This document shows positions 26,001-26,467 of a stretch of DNA of 26,467 nt, piece by piece. Position 1 is the stretch's first letter. Every line of letters starts with the position of its first letter. This stretch comes from Thermoleophilaceae bacterium. GTDB taxonomy: Bacteria; Actinomycetota; Thermoleophilia; Solirubrobacterales; Thermoleophilaceae. The translations under genes were made by a program, and so were the position numbers. The DNA lies in assembly GCA_035296645.1 (NCBI GenBank), contig DATHAN010000340.1:1-26467 (forward strand). Reading direction: 5' to 3'. The notes under the pieces are model-generated. The model had not been told where the DNA came from. It searched no databases and worked only from the letters and a program-made list of their open reading frames with translations.

Positions 26001-26080
26001 CGCTACCAGCTCGGGCGTGCGCGCGGTCCCGTGCGCGCCGTGGGTCTTCCATGGCGAGGCCGATCGGTTGCTGGCGGAGC

Positions 26081-26467
26081 CTAGTTCTGCACCACGATCG
26101 CCCAGTTGATGCTCGACGCGTAGGCGACCCAGGCTCCATAGGGCACGAGCGTCGCCGCAGCGATCCGCGAGAAGGGACGGACGAGCACAGCCATCGCGAC
26201 GATCGTGGCGAGCAGGAGGAGGATCTCGATGCCTGCGACGACGGGCTGCTTGGCCTGGAAGAAGATGTAGGTCCAGGCGAGGTTGAGGGCGCCATTGACG
26301 GCGTAGAGGGCGAGCAGTGGACGGCGCTGTGGGCCGTGTGCCTCGCGCCAGGCGAGGAACGCCGATACTGCAAGCAGCGCATAGAGGACGGTCCACCCGG
26401 GCCCGAAGACCCAGCCGGGTGGCTGCCAGCTCGGCTTCTCGAGCGAGACGTACCACTCCGATCGCAC
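26081..26467 (-). CDS. tspO: TspO/MBR tryptophan-rich sensory protein (partial, N-terminus outside window)
   Basis: WYVSLEKPSWQPPGWVFGPGWTVLY, LNLAWTYIFF, LVPYGAWVAYASSINW. Stop codon TAG at 26083-26081. Confidence 0.93.
   Translation of the reverse strand: MRSEWYVSLEKPSWQPPGWVFGPGWTVLYALLAVSAFLAWREAHGPQRRPLLALYAVNGALNLAWTYIFFQAKQPVVAGIEILLLLATIVAMAVLVRPFSRIAAATLVPYGAWVAYASSINWAIVVQN

Noticed and set aside
1-26467. CRISPR array, rRNA/tRNA genes, IS elements, second riboswitch
   Set aside because: By eye I found no spaced repeat array, RNA-gene signature, transposase or integrase ORF, or second B12 box.

Overview
This is very GC-rich DNA with actinobacterial-style genes. A Thermoleophilia/Solirubrobacterales-like host is my inference from codon style and gene types only. 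About 23 kb of the window (2091-25364, + strand) is a cobalamin riboswitch followed by 20 co-oriented, mostly overlapping genes for aerobic (late-cobalt-insertion) vitamin B12 synthesis. In order: cbtB, cbtA, histidine phosphatase, cobD/cbiB, cobQ, a single-chain AAA+/VWA chelatase subunit, cobO, an ApgM-like metalloenzyme, cobB, cobM, a cobU + threonine-phosphate decarboxylase fusion, cobT, cobS, cobG, cobH, cobIJ, cobN, cobL, cobF, cobK. The gene that does not belong to the known pathway is the ApgM (alkaline-phosphatase superfamily) homologue wedged between cobO and cobB. It has an intact two-metal site and catalytic Ser. The operon encodes the enzyme that consumes L-threonine-phosphate but no PduX/BluE kinase to make it, so this gene is a candidate non-orthologous threonine phosphotransferase. 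The left flank holds decayed genes: two divergent 5'-truncated fragments, one with two frameshifts. The right flank has a CobK read-through tail, an orphan Phd/YefM antitoxin, a cluster of short repeats and a partial tspO. I found no tRNA, rRNA, CRISPR array or transposase.
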